From assembly GCA_016748015.1 (NCBI GenBank), contig JAAOMT010000276.1, positions 496,001-560,000 on the forward strand: a DNA stretch of 64,000 nt. Reading direction: 5' to 3'. The translations under genes were made by a program, and so were the position numbers. Under the pieces are notes generated by a model. The model saw nothing but the letters and a program-made list of their open reading frames with translations, ran no database searches and had not been told where the DNA came from. This DNA is from Geosiphon pyriformis uo1. Taxonomy: Eukaryota; Fungi; Glomeromycota. Positions within the stretch are counted from its first letter, which is position 1. Each line of letters begins with the position of its first letter. Positions 1 through 13,157 of this stretch are shown one piece after another.

Positions 1-3000
1 TTTTGTGTTTAGGTTTTCCTTTTCTTTGACAGATGTTACAGATTTTGATGTACTCAGTAATATTTTTTCTCAAGGTAGATCAATAATAGTGAGCTAAAGT
101 TTTCTATATTGTTTTTGTTTTTCAAAGTGTTCAGCTAATGGATCAGTATACATATTGTAGATCACAATTTCTTTTTCTTCAAATTTAATGACTCTTTGGG
201 AGTGGTCAGAATTTTTTCTATTTTTTTTATATAACTGGTTTTGGCAAATCAAATAAAAATTTGATTATTTGTATAAATATTCTCTTTGCTGTTAAGTATA
301 TTCTGGTAGATATTGTCTTTTACTCAAAAATTCTATTAAGGCAAAGTAGTTATTCAAGTCTATTATCTTGTTTGTTTATAAGGGAGTTACTAATAATTAA
401 GTTGGTTTGGTTGAGAGGTTGTACTATTATTGAATAGCAAGTCTAGAAAGAGCATTGGCATTTTGATAATTTGTTCTTTTGTGATATTGAAGATCATAGT
501 TGAATTTATCCAAATAGAGTATTAAGCAAGTTATCTATTTATGTTCCAGTTTTTTTTTGTTGTATAGCCAAACTAAGGCTTGATAATCTGTTACTACTAA
601 GAATTTCATACCAAGAAGATATTAATCCTAATAACTAATAACTCAAACTACTACTAAGCATTTTTGTTTTATAATTAAATAGTTTTTTTCTGCTGATATG
701 AGAGTTTTATTAACATATATTATAGTATGTTTTTTGCCATTTTTATTTTTTTGTAAGAAAACAGCATTAAGTCTATAACCAGATACATCAGTATGCAGAA
801 TAAAAAATTGGTCCAGATTAGGTTGTTTAAGAATTGATTCAATAACAAGTTTTTCCTTTAAAGTTTCAAAAACTTTTTGTTAATAAGTATTCCAGTGGTA
901 ATTGACATTTTTTCTAAGTAGCTAATTAAAAAAAAAGAAAATTTTGAAGAAATTCTTGATAAATTTGCAATAGTAAGAAGCCAAACCAAGAAAAGAGCAT
1001 AGTTCAGAAATATTTATTGGTTGTCTAATGTTCTGAAGTTTTTTAACTTTAGCTAGATCAGAAAAAATTTCATCTTTTGTAATAAAATGACCAAAAAATT
1101 GGGTGGATTGTTATTTAAAAAAAAATTTAATTGGGTTTATCTTAAGGCCAGCATTTCTAAAGAGATCAAAAACCTTTTACAAGTGTTCAAGATGTTTATT
1201 TCAGGTTTTTGAGTATATTATTATGTCGTCTAAGTAGACCAGAACAAAGTTTTCTTTTACTAATTCAAATACTTTGTTCATTAGGCATTAAAAAGTAGGA
1301 GGAGCATTAGTGAAACCAAAAAACATAACTGTAAAATTATAGGTACCATATTTGATAATAAAGGCAGTTTTCTTTCTGCTTTTTGGATCTATCTCTACTT
1401 GTCAAAATCCAGCAGTTAAGTTAATGATTGAGAAAAAAGCAGCACCATTGAATTTGTTTAGCATTATATCAATTTTGGAGAATAAATATATGGCTTTTAT
1501 AGTAATAACATTTAATTGACAATAGTTAACACAGAAGTGTAGAGTTCTGTCTTTCTTAGATACCACTACAATTGAAAAAGCTCATTTACTCTTGGTTTTT
1601 TGTATGAATCCAAGATTTTTTATTTGGGTTATCTCTTTCTTGATGAACTTATTATTGTGTTAATTGAATTAATAAGGCTTCAAATAGATAGGACAAGTTT
1701 TTCTGATGGTAATGATGTGTTGTATTATATGGGTTTGTTCAGAGATATTATTTTCTTTTAAGATAACTGGGCTATTTCTAGCCAACAAATTTTCAATATC
1801 TATTTTTCTTTTTTTAAGAAAAGGTTTTTTTTGTTTTAATATAAGTGATTAGATCTTAAATGATTTATTTTCAAAGAATTTCTGTTTTTTTTCTAGATAC
1901 CAAATTAATTGGCTCCCAATTTTTGTAATAAATTAGGCAGGACTTGCATTCATTACTAGGAAAATACAAAGATTTATCATATCAGCACCTGGCACAAAAA
2001 TCATATTACTAATAACTGTATTTTGCTTTCTTACCAGATTTTTTATCAAAAGTTTTTTTGAAGACATCATAGTAGGGCCAGCAAATTAGCTTACCATTTA
2101 CAATGATTTCTTCTCTGTTAGCTTTGATATTATCTAGGAGCTTTGTTATTGCTGATAAAGATAGTATAGACAAATTCAACAGTTTTTTTTTGTTTTTCTT
2201 AATCTTTTTCTTTATTATTCTTATCATTATCTAATTTATCTGATTGTTTTTCTTTTTGGTTTTGCTTGGGTACTAGAAGAGTTGTTCAATAACAGCATTT
2301 AACCACAATGGACTTCTCATCATATCTGATGGTTAGTTCACAAAGTTCATAGTTAAATAGTGCTTTGGCTTTCTTGAGCCACTTATTACTAACAATTATA
2401 GTGTACTTTTTTGCTTCAAATACTTTTATGTCAGTTTTAATGCTAATGCCATTGATGTGAACAGGAACAGCTTTGGCTATGCCCAGACATTTTTTCTTGT
2501 TATTATGTATATTGGTTATAGGCTGAGTGAAAAGTTTATTAATTTTTCTTCCAATTGCTTTTAGAAAGTATTTAACAATTACACTAACAGATAATCTACT
2601 GTCTAAGATTAAGTCAATAAAATAACCAGTCACTTGGAATTTGCAAATAAAGAAGATAACATTGCTGTTGTCAGCAAGTCTAGCTTGGCAAAAGCATTTG
2701 TTGATCTTTGGTGTTTTTTTCTTTAGAATTAATGATTTGTGAAGATTTTTTCTGAACTGTGAATGAGTCATTAATTGGCCAAATGTAATATGTGCTGGAG
2801 TTTCCATAAGATCTTTAACAATAGAATAAGAACCAAATTTTTGTACTATTTCTGAGAATTCCAACTTTGGAGGATTTTTAAAAACTTTAGCCTTTGGTAA
2901 TTTATTGTTATTAGCAGTTAATGTAAATGCTTTGTTTGGATCCAGAACGAAATTAATCTTGACTTTTTTCTTCTTTTTTGTTAATTCAAAGATATTGATT

Positions 3001-5174
3001 GCTAATTTATCTATGTTATGGTTATCATCAATTAGATTAAAAGCAAAAAAGAGGTTTTTTTCTGGTTGGCTTGCACTCTTACTCTTTGAAAATGCACTTA
3101 CTAGTTTAAAGATTAATAAATAGTGGCTTCAATTAAGAGATTCTCTCCAAAGAAATTAATGTTAACATAATTGATTCTTTAATTAGAAACATTGTTGTTG
3201 TTGGTTCTGTTGTTCTGATTATCATTATTTCTAGAAGCTAAAGGAGGCAAAGGAAAATTGTTGCAATTTCTGAAGAAATGTTCAGTTAATTTACAGTGAT
3301 AACACACAAATAGACCATAATTTTGTTGTCTTTAATAAGAAAATTGCTGAGACTGATTAAAATAGGGTTCAAATCTGGGTTTTTGTAATTGCTAATTATC
3401 TCTGACTGCTTGGGTTAAGAGTTCTAATAACTGGGCAAAATTGGCTGTAAGTTTATCTATTAACTGTTCATTTGGGTCTTGAGTTTGGGCAGCAAAAAAG
3501 ATAACAGTCATTTGGGAAACAGAAGCCATAATAGAAGCAGGAGCAAAAACTAGAAATGTGGATCTTAAATGCATTTTTTGATTGTTTTCTATTCTCTGAA
3601 TAAGTTCAATAATCATATCTATTGTAGAATTATCTTTTAGAATCAGAATGGACCAAAGAAAATAGAAAAAATCAGTTTTTAATTCTTTTGTAAAAGAATG
3701 AATTTTTTGTTCTTTTGTCTAGTTTTTTCCAGAGTCTACTCACTTAATTAACTTTTTGATTGCTTTGGCATACTTAGTTACAACTTCACCAAGATCTTGG
3801 GTTCTTTTTTCTAATTTCATGTATTATTTGGATATCAGGATAAGAGTTCTAAATTTAGTTTTAAACCAAATTATGAAAAAGGTGTTTTCTTCTTCAGCAT
3901 TTATTAGTATGCATCTAATAATTCTTTGGTAAACACCAACATTGGTTTTTTGTAAGAACCAAGTAGCAGAAGAGCCTTGGAAATAGTTACCAATGATTTG
4001 AAACTTGTATTCAGTATCATATTGATTGGTAGTGGCTGCTTTTTTAAAATTATCTAACCATTCAATTGGGTCTTGTGTATTATTTTTGAATAAAAATAAT
4101 GAAGTATTGTTTTTTTATCTTAAAGCAGTTTGTATGTCTTAGAGAGCAGCCAGAATGTTTTGTTGTATAGGCTTATTAGCCATTAATTCAAGAGTAACTG
4201 TTTATGTAGAATTTTCTGATTCACTTAAGAAGAGATTAAAAACAGAAGCAGTTTAATAGCTTTTTTTTTTGTTTCAAAAGATGTTTTAGCTAGCTAATAA
4301 GCAGCAATCTAAATGTGAATTTGGTAATTTAGGTATTCAAAATTAAGAGGCTATTGTTTAAAAGTTGTGGAATATAAAAGCTGATTGATACTGTTGTTTC
4401 TTTCTTTAATCAAAGTAATAGATTGTATAAGCTATTTAGGTTTCAGCTGAATGTTCATTTAGAAATCAGTTTCAAAAGTCTTAGAATTGTTTACTAAATT
4501 GTTCTTTAATAGAGAAGCAAATCAAGCAGAAAGACAAAAGGTTAAGTTCAATAAAGTCTATATTATTTTTGTTGTGTACTTCAAAGTGTTTTTCTAATTG
4601 TTGTAACAGGTATGAATAATCACCCATACAATAGAAAACAAAGTGGATTTTAACAATCTTATAGGAAGCACTATTTTTATATTATAGGTTGAAATAACAA
4701 GCTAACAGATAGCAAAGAAGAACAGGATTATAAGATAATAAAAATAATTAAAGAAAGAATTACAATAAGAGAGTGAATTAAATAAGTAAAGATTCAATGT
4801 GCATAATTAGTCTTATAAAAATCACAGTTACAAATCTTTTTTGAAAATCTGAAGGTAGAAAAATAGTCCATAATTGTCAACAAAATAATACTGCTGCTAT
4901 TATTCTATGTCTTAACTTAACAATTTTTAGAATCAATAACAGATATCATTGTGCTTTTTAATTTTTTCTTTATTCAATGAATCACAAAAGCAAGTAATTG
5001 TTTCTTAGGCTAATTTTAACAAATACAAATCAAGAAGAGAAAAAGATAAGATATGTAAATGCCAACAAGTAATTTTTTATTTCAAGATATTCAGATACTT
5101 AAAGATAGGAAAAAAGAATAAGCAATATAAAAAAAAGTAATTAATAGTGTTTTATTTTGTTACTTTGATCATGT
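1..5174 (-). mobile_element. Ty3/Gypsy LTR retrotransposon family A, copy A1 (decayed; runs off left window edge; 5' LTR 4680-5174 truncated by copy A2)
   Basis: Minus-strand relics in Gypsy order: gag (ATG ~4627; CCHC knuckle ~3265-3310), protease (LILDS, ORF 2286-2864), RT (VYLDD ~1225-1240), RNase H, start of integrase. Decayed PBS next to LTR. Many stops and frameshifts. Confidence 0.9.
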
Positions 5175-5864
5175 TGTTATGGGTTGAAGTAACAAACTAA
5201 CAGATAGCAAAAGAGAACAGAATTGTAAGGTGATGGAAATAATTAAAAGAAATTCAACTTTAAAGAGCAAATTAAATGAGTATGAATTCAATATCCAAGA
5301 TTAGTCTCATAAAATATCTTAGTTGCTATACTTTTTAAAAGATAATCAGGAAATCTAAAGATAGAGAGATAGTCCATACTGTCAACAAATAATCACATAC
5401 TGGTATAATTCTATGTCTCATGTCAGTACTCTTAGAATTCAATATTAGGTATCAGATGTACTTTTTAGTTATGTTTTATTCAATAATTTTCAAATGCTGC
5501 AATTACACATTTCAGAAAAAAGATAGAGAATAACCAACAAATAATCTTTTATCCCAAGATGTTTAATACTTGAAGATAGAAAAAGAGAAATTAGCAATAA
5601 GAGAAGGATTAAGATAAAAGTTGTTATTTTATTTTTTTTCTTTCTTTGATTCTTACATACTTTTCTATAGCTAAGAGATTCATTACTTATATACCTATCA
5701 AAAGTGGTCAATACTCAGATCAACAACTAGATCAATAATTAGGTCAATAGTCAGATTATTGATCAGATTAATAATTACTATCTAAAAATAAAGTGGCTAA
5801 TTATATAACATCAGTAGCTAATACATGTGATAATTAATAAAAAGTATAGATTTTAACCATAACA
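5175..5864 (-). repeat. 3' LTR of copy A2 (~690 bp) containing a 12-bp tandem array
   Basis: TG...CA termini; homologous to LTRs starting at 4680, 12080, 25799, 32220, 35484 and 53267. Confidence 0.92.
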
Positions 5865-6586
5865 TCATTCTCTTCAAAAAGATTAAGCTCCAGTGAAATC
5901 AAGTTATTTATGGTGTAATCTATTTGGAGAGTTTTATCTAACTTAAAGCTAACTAGTTTGTTGAAGTCTTTTGTGGATAGAATATATAATACTTAAGGTG
6001 AAATGAGTTTTGTATTCAAGAGACCAAATCTTTGTATTAAGGTTTTGGTTTTTCTAGCAATAGTTAAAACTCTTGGGATATTTAATTGTATAATACCCAA
6101 AATTTCTGTCTGTATCTCTGAAGTTGTTTTTTTGATGAGTTTCATATCTTTTATGATTTCTCTAAGATGACCATAGAGTTCTAATTGCCTTTTCTATAAT
6201 AAATTTTTGTCTATAGACAAGATTTCTTGGATTGTTTTTCCAATTGTGCTAGAAGATGAGAGTATAGCTGCTGTTATATTTTTTAACAGATATTTATCTA
6301 TTTTGCTACCAATTTTTTCTCTTCTGATAGTGGTTTTCTTTGGTCTAATAACAATATGTGTTCTATTGTTATCTGTTATAATGGTTTGTTTTCCAATAGT
6401 CAGAGTAGTATTTTGATAGTTTTTGATCCAATACTCATAGAGAGTATAGAAGACATTTTGAATGTTTTGATCCAGAAAATAATTGTTTATGTCAATTGAA
6501 GATATCTCTGTTTTGGGAATGGTGCATTTATTTATACTTGATTTTTGCTGATCATTTAGGTCAATATTACCACAACAGACAACCAA
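5834..6586 (-). pseudogene. Accessory ORF3 of family A (unknown function), downstream of integrase, reading through the PPT into the LTR
   Basis: ORF 6194-6586 continues in frame past two stops (...KRQLELYGHLREII...ISLELNLFEENDVMVKIYTFY*) to TAA at 5834-5836. Same frame is seen in copy A4 (ORF 46351-46551). Confidence 0.7.
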
Positions 6587-9500
6587 TCAGATTGTTTATA
6601 ATATTTCTTGAATCATGTATCATAAACAGGACAATTATTAAAGATTGTTCTGAATTGATCTTGAAGAATATAAGAACTATTGTTTAAAACTTTGTTAACT
6701 AAAAAAAATTCTTTTCATTAGCTGGAAAATTTATTATCATAGACATTGTTTCTATTTAAATGGTATTTTAATACTAAGTCACCAACACTTAAGAAAAGTT
6801 TTTTATAAGTTTTTTTTTTTTTAAGCTTTTTTCGGAACTGTTTTATTTTTTCAAAAGCAATTATTTATGTTTCTACCAAGGAGTCAAGAATAATATTAAG
6901 TTTTTTTTGCAAAATGTCTTTATAATTTCTTATTGTGATTTTTTCAAAAAGTATTGTTTCAATGTCAGTTTCTATTAGTAGTGTTGTCATGTATTCATAG
7001 AATAGATAAAAAAATTCATAACTTGTTATATCATGATTCACAGTTTTATAAGCAAACAAAGCTGAAGATAGTACTTTGTCCTATAAGTTTGTTTCTTCAC
7101 TGGTTTTGGTTAGTGTTTTACATAATGTTCTATTAAAACGTTTCACTAGACCATTTGTTTAGAGGTGATAGGAGAAGAAAAGTTTGTGATATATTTCTAT
7201 TTTTTTGCAAAGTTCTTCAACCAGTGTATTGAGAAAAGTTCTTTTTCTATTAGATAAAAGTTTTTTGGAGCAGCCATGACAGCAGATGATATTTTTATAA
7301 ATGAAATTGGCTATTAAGACTGCTGTTTGATCTGGAGTGGCTCTTGTTTCTACCCATTTTGTAAGATAGTCAGTAGCTGTGATAATGTATCTTTTGTCAT
7401 TAGGAGTTATTGTTAAAAATTCAATAACATCTATACTAATTCTGTCAAATAGTTAACCAACAGAGATTAGATGAATATTTTTTTTGTGATTGGGTTTGCC
7501 TCTTTTTTGGCAGATGTCACAGGTTTTAATATATTCAGCAATATTCTTTCCCAAGGTAGGTCAATAATAGTGAGCTAAAGTTTTCTGAATTGTTTTTGTT
7601 TTTTCAAAGTGTCTAGCTAATGGGTCAGTATGCATGTTATATATTACAATTTTTTTTTCTTCAAATCTGATGACTCTTTGGGAGTGGTCAGGATCTTTTC
7701 TATTTCTTTTATATAATTGGTTTTGGCAGATCAAATAAAAATTTGATTGTTTGCACAAATGTTCTCTTTGCTGTTAAGTGTATTCTGGTGGGTATTGTTC
7801 TTTACCCAAAAATTTCATTAAGACAGAGTAGTTGTCCAAGTCCATTATCATATTTGTTTATGAGGATATTACTAATAATTAAGTTGGTTTGGTTGGAAGA
7901 TTGTACTATCACTGGATGATAAATTTTGAAAGAGCATTAGCATTTTGATGATTTGCTTCTTTGTAATATTAAATATCATAATTGAATTCATCCAAGTAGA
8001 GTATCCAGTAAATTATTCATTTGTGTTTTAGCTTCTTTTTATTGCACAGCCAAATCAAAGCTTGATAATCTGTTACTACTAAAAATTTCACACCAAAAAA
8101 ATATTAATCCCAGTAACTAGTAGTCCAAACTACTGCCAAACATTCTTGTTTAGTAACTGAATAGTTCTTTTCTGCTGGTATAAGGGATCTATTGATATAT
8201 GCTATAGTATGTTTTCTGCTATTTTCATCTTTTTGTGAAAGAACAGCACCAAGTCCATAGCCAAATGTATTAGTATGGAGAATGAAAAGTTGGTTCAGAT
8301 CAGGTTGCTTGAAAATTGGTTCAGTAACAAGTTTTTCTTTCAGAATTTCAAAAGCTTTTTGCTGATGAGTGCCCCAATAATAATTGACATTTTTTTTGAA
8401 TAGTTGATTAAAAAAAAAGGCAATTTTAGAGAAATCCTTAATAAATTTGCAATAGTAAAAAGCTAAACCAAGGAAAAAGCATAGTTTAGGAACATTTATT
8501 GGTTGTCTAATGTTTTGAACTTTTTCAACTTTAGCTAGGTCAGGGAAGATTTTATTTTTTGTAATAAGATGACCAAGAAACTGTGTAGATTGGTATCTAA
8601 AGAAAAATTTGATTGAATTGATCTTAAGACCAGCATTTCTGAGCAGATCAAAAATCTTTTGCAAATGTTCAAGGTGTTTATCCCAGGTTTTTGAATAGAC
8701 TATTATGTCATTTAAGTAGACCAGAATAAAATTTTTTTTACTGATTTAAACACTTTGTCCATTAAGTATTAAAAAGTGGAAGGAACATTGGTAAGACTAA
8801 AAAGGATGATTGTGAATTTATAGATGCAATATTTGATAATAAAAGCAGTTTTTTTTCTGCTTTCTGAATTCATCTCTACTTGCCAGAATTCAGCAGTTAA
8901 GTTAATAGTTAAAAAGAAAACAACACCATTAAATTTATTTAGTGTTGCATTAATTTTGGGAAATGGGTATATGTCTTTTATAGTAATGGTATTTAATTAG
9001 CAGTAGTTAACACAAAAGCATAGAGTTTTACCTTTCTTGAATATCACTACAACTGAAAAAGCTCATTTATTCTTGGTTTTTTATATAAATTCAAGATCTT
9101 TTATTTGGTTTATCTCTTTCTTAATAAATTCATTATTGCATTAATTAGATTGATAAGACTTTAAATGGATAGAATAAGTTTTTTTTGTGGTGATAATATA
9201 TTGTATCACATGAATTTGTCTAAGAGTATTATTTTTTTTTGAGATAACTGGGTTATTTTTAGCCAACAGATTTTCAATATCCACTTTTCTTTCTTTAGGA
9301 GAAGGTTTTCTTTATTCTGTAACTAGTGATTGGATTTCAGGTGGTTTATTCTCAAAGGACTTTTGTACTTTTTTTAGTTTTTTTCTGGGTATTAAACTAA
9401 TTGGCTCCCAATCTTTGTAATAAATTAAGCAAGACTTGCATTTATTATTTGAGAAATACAAAGATTTGTCACACCAGCACCTGGCACAAGAGTCATGCCA

Positions 9501-12027
9501 CCAATAACTATATTTTGCTTTCTTGCCAGATTTTTTATCAAAAGTTCTTCTGAGAATATCATAGTAGGACCAACAGATTAACTTGCCATTTACCATGATT
9601 TCTTTTTTGTCAACTTTAATATTGTTCAGTAACTTGTAATTGCTGGTAAAAATAGTATAAGTAAGTTCAGCAGTTTTTTCTTGTACTTTTTAATCTTTTT
9701 TTTCATTGCTTTTATTATCATCTAATTTATCTGATTGTTCTTCTTGGTTCTGCTTGGATACTAGAAAAGTTGTCCAATGACAGCACTTAACCACAATGGG
9801 CTTTTCATCACATCTAATGATTAGCTCACAAAATTTATAGTCAAGTAATGCTTTGGCTTTTTTAAGCCACTTATTGCCAACAATTATGGTATACTCTTTT
9901 GCTTTAGATACTTCCATGTCAGTTTCAATGCTGATATTATTGATGTGAACAGAAACAGCTTTGGCTATGCCCAGATTTTTCTTTTTGTTACTATGTACAT
10001 TAGTCATTGGTTTAGTTGAAGATTTATCAATCTTTCTGCCAATTGCTTCAAAAAAATGTTTGGCTATGACATTAACAGATAATCAACTGTCTAAAATCAG
10101 ATTAATAAAGTAACCAGGTACTTGGACTTTGCAGATTAAAGAAGTGACATTGCTGTTGTCAGCAAGTCCAGCTTGGTGAGAACATTTGTTGGTTTTTGGA
10201 GTCTTTTTTTTTGGGATCAATGATTTACAAAAATCTTTTCTAAACTGTGGATGGGTCATTAACTGGCCAAAAGTGATATGTGCTAAGGTTTTCATAAAAT
10301 CTTTTACAACAGAATAAGATCCAGATTTTTGTACAATTTCTGGAGGTTCCAACTTTGGAGGATTTTTAAAAACTTTAGTCTTTGGTGGCTTGTTGTTATC
10401 AGCAGTAGAAATTAAGACTTTGTTGAGATCTAGAATAAAATCAATCTTGGCTTTTTTCTTCTTTCTTGTTGACTCAGAAGTGTTGATTGCCAGTTCATTA
10501 ATATTATGGTCATCATCAGTTAGATTAAAAATGTAAAAGGAGTTTTCTTCTAATTGGCTTGCACTTTCATTCTTTGGAGGTGTGCCTACTAGTTTAAAGA
10601 CTGATAAACAGTGGCTTCAACTAGAGGATTTTCTCCAAAGAAATTGATGTTGGCATGATTGGGTTTTTGGTTGGAGATATTGTTGTTAATGGTTTTGTTG
10701 TTTTAATTGTTATTGTTTCTAGGAGCTGAAGGAGACAGCAGAGGATTGTTGCAATTTCTGAAAAAATGTCCAGTTAATCTACAATAATAACACATAAGTG
10801 GGCCATGATTTTGTTGCCTTTAATAAGGAGATTGCTTGGATTGATTAAAATGGAGTTAAAATCTGGGTCTTTGGGGTTGTTAATTCTCTCTGACTGCTTG
10901 GGCTAAGAGTTCTAGTAACCAGGCAAGATTAACTGTGAGTTTATTTATTAACTATTTATTTGGGTCTTGAGTTTGGGCAGCAAAAAAAGTAGCAGTCATT
11001 TGGAAAGCAAAAGTCATAACAAAAGCAGGAGCAAAAACTGGAAGTGTGAATTCTAAGTGCATTTTTTGATTGTCTTCTATTTTCTGAGCAAGTTCAATAG
11101 TCATATCCATTGTGAAATTGTTTTTCAATACCAGAAAGGGCCAAAAAGCATAGGACAGATCTGTTCTTAATTTTTTTGTAAAGAAATAAATCTTTTGCTC
11201 TTCTGTCCAGTTTCTTTCAAAGTTTACTTTTTTAATTAACTTTTTGATGACTTTGACATATTCAGTTACCATTTTATCAGGACCTTGGGTTCTTTTTTCT
11301 AGTTCAATGTGCCATTTAAAGATTAGGATGGGAGTTCTGAATTTATTTTCAAAGCAAGTAGTAAAAGAGATATTTTCTTCTTCAGCATTTGTTGGTGTTC
11401 ATCTAATGATTTTTTGGTAAACACCAGCATTAGCTTTTTGTGAGAACCAAGTAGCAGGAGAGCCTTGAAGATAACCACCAATGATTTAAAACTTGTATTT
11501 AGCATCATATTGGTTGACAATAGCTGCTTTTTCAATCATTTAATTAGATCTTGTACATCACCTTTAAATAAAAGTAGTGGAGTGTTGTTTTTTTGTCCCA
11601 AAGCAGTTTGTATACCTTGAAGAGCAGCTAAAATATTTGCTTGCATGGGGTTGTTAGCTATTGGTTCAGAAGTAACTGTTTGTATAGAATGTTCTGATTC
11701 ACTTAAGAAAAGATCAAAATCAGGAGACTGTTGTTCAAAGATTGTTGAGTATAAAAGTTGATTAATGTTGTTGTTTTTTTCTTCAAAGTTGTCTTTAAGA
11801 TAAACTTGGTCAAAGTAGTAAGTTGTATAGGCTGTGTAGGTTTCAGCTGAATGCTCATTTAGGAACCAGTTCCAAAAGTCTTGGAATTGTCTACTGGATT
11901 GTTCTTCAATAGAAAAGCAAATCAAACAGAAGGGCAAAGAATTGAGTTCAATAAAGTTTAGATCATTTTTGTTGTGTGCTTCAAAGTGTTCTTCTGATTG
12001 TTGTAACAAGTATAAATAATCACTCAT
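6560..12027 (-). pseudogene. gag-pol polyprotein relic of copy A2 (Gag-CCHC-PR-Cys-rich spacer-RT-RNase H-IN)
   Basis: Motifs LILDS (protease), FLGHLI and FLGLAFYY (RT), YGLGAVLSQ and QECLAVVW (RNase H), TDYLTKWVET and NGLVKRFN (integrase). Confidence 0.9.
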
Positions 12028-12254
12028 ACAATAAAAAACAAAGTGAATTTTGACAACCTTACAGAGAGCATCACTTTTATGTTATGAGTTGGAATAATAA
12101 GCTAATAGATAACAAGGGAAAACAAAATTGTAGGATAATGGAAATAATCAAAGAGAATTCAACTTCAAAGAGCAAATTAAATAAGTATGGATTTAATATA
12201 CAAGATTAGTCTCATAAAATATCTCAGTTATTATACTTTTTAAAAAATAACCAA

Positions 12255-13157
12255 TATTATAAGTGATTATTTGGGGTCTCAAAGCAAATAACAAACCCGT
12301 AACTTGGTGCTCAATAGATAATGTTAATAATGTCTGAAGGTGTTTTAATCTGAAGATTTTGATTGGAGTTTTTTGTATAATAGACAGAGATTTCCATGTT
12401 ATTTTATTTATAGTTTTTCAGAATTACAATTCCATTAATTTTTTTCTGAGTATAGTGGCCAGCAATCCATAATTTTTACACATTCTACTCACTTGTAGAG
12501 GTTTTTTACCAGGCAATTTTTGATGTCAATACTTAGTACTTAATCCTCAATCAATTAGCATACACAACAAAATAAAGCAAAAATAAAAGAGATAAAGAAA
12601 AATAAAGACAATAAGCCAAAACAATATAAGTTAGTAGTCTGTCAATAGTCATGATCAAGGGCTATTGTTTCTGTGTGTTTTAAGTATTAATTATTATCAA
12701 CATTTAGAGTTGATAGTGAACAATTGGATTTGAGATGCTAAATAAGTATATTTATTAATATTTTTGGAATGATATAGTTTCTAACTAGAAAATAGTAACT
12801 AATAAATTTTTGTTTGGGAATTCCATTTTTTCTGCTTCTAATGCTACTGTTATATATATGGATTTTCTAGTTTTATAGGATTGCTTTAAATCATCTGTTC
12901 TTGTTAGCTATTGCTTTGTTTTCTTATATTATAACTAATTATTCTATGTTATAACACATTATCTGATGTTATTACACATTATTCTGTGTTATTCTGCATT
13001 ATAACATGTTATTCCACATTATAATGCATTATCCTATATTATAATACATTATTCAATGTTATTGTATGCTATTCTGTGTCCCTTTACATTCATTATGTTT
13101 TTCTTTAAATTATGTTTTTTCTTCTTTCTTTGATAGGCTTTCTTTCTTCAAGTAACA
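12255..13157 (-). mobile_element. Solo LTR (C/D group) inserted in the 5' LTR of A2
   Basis: TATTAT (decayed TGTTAY)...GTAACA termini; flanks CCAA/CCAG form a 4-bp TSD; family-A LTR resumes exactly after 13157. Reverse complement is similar to 48837-49664 (U5 end) and 53443-54450 (U3 end). Confidence 0.88.
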
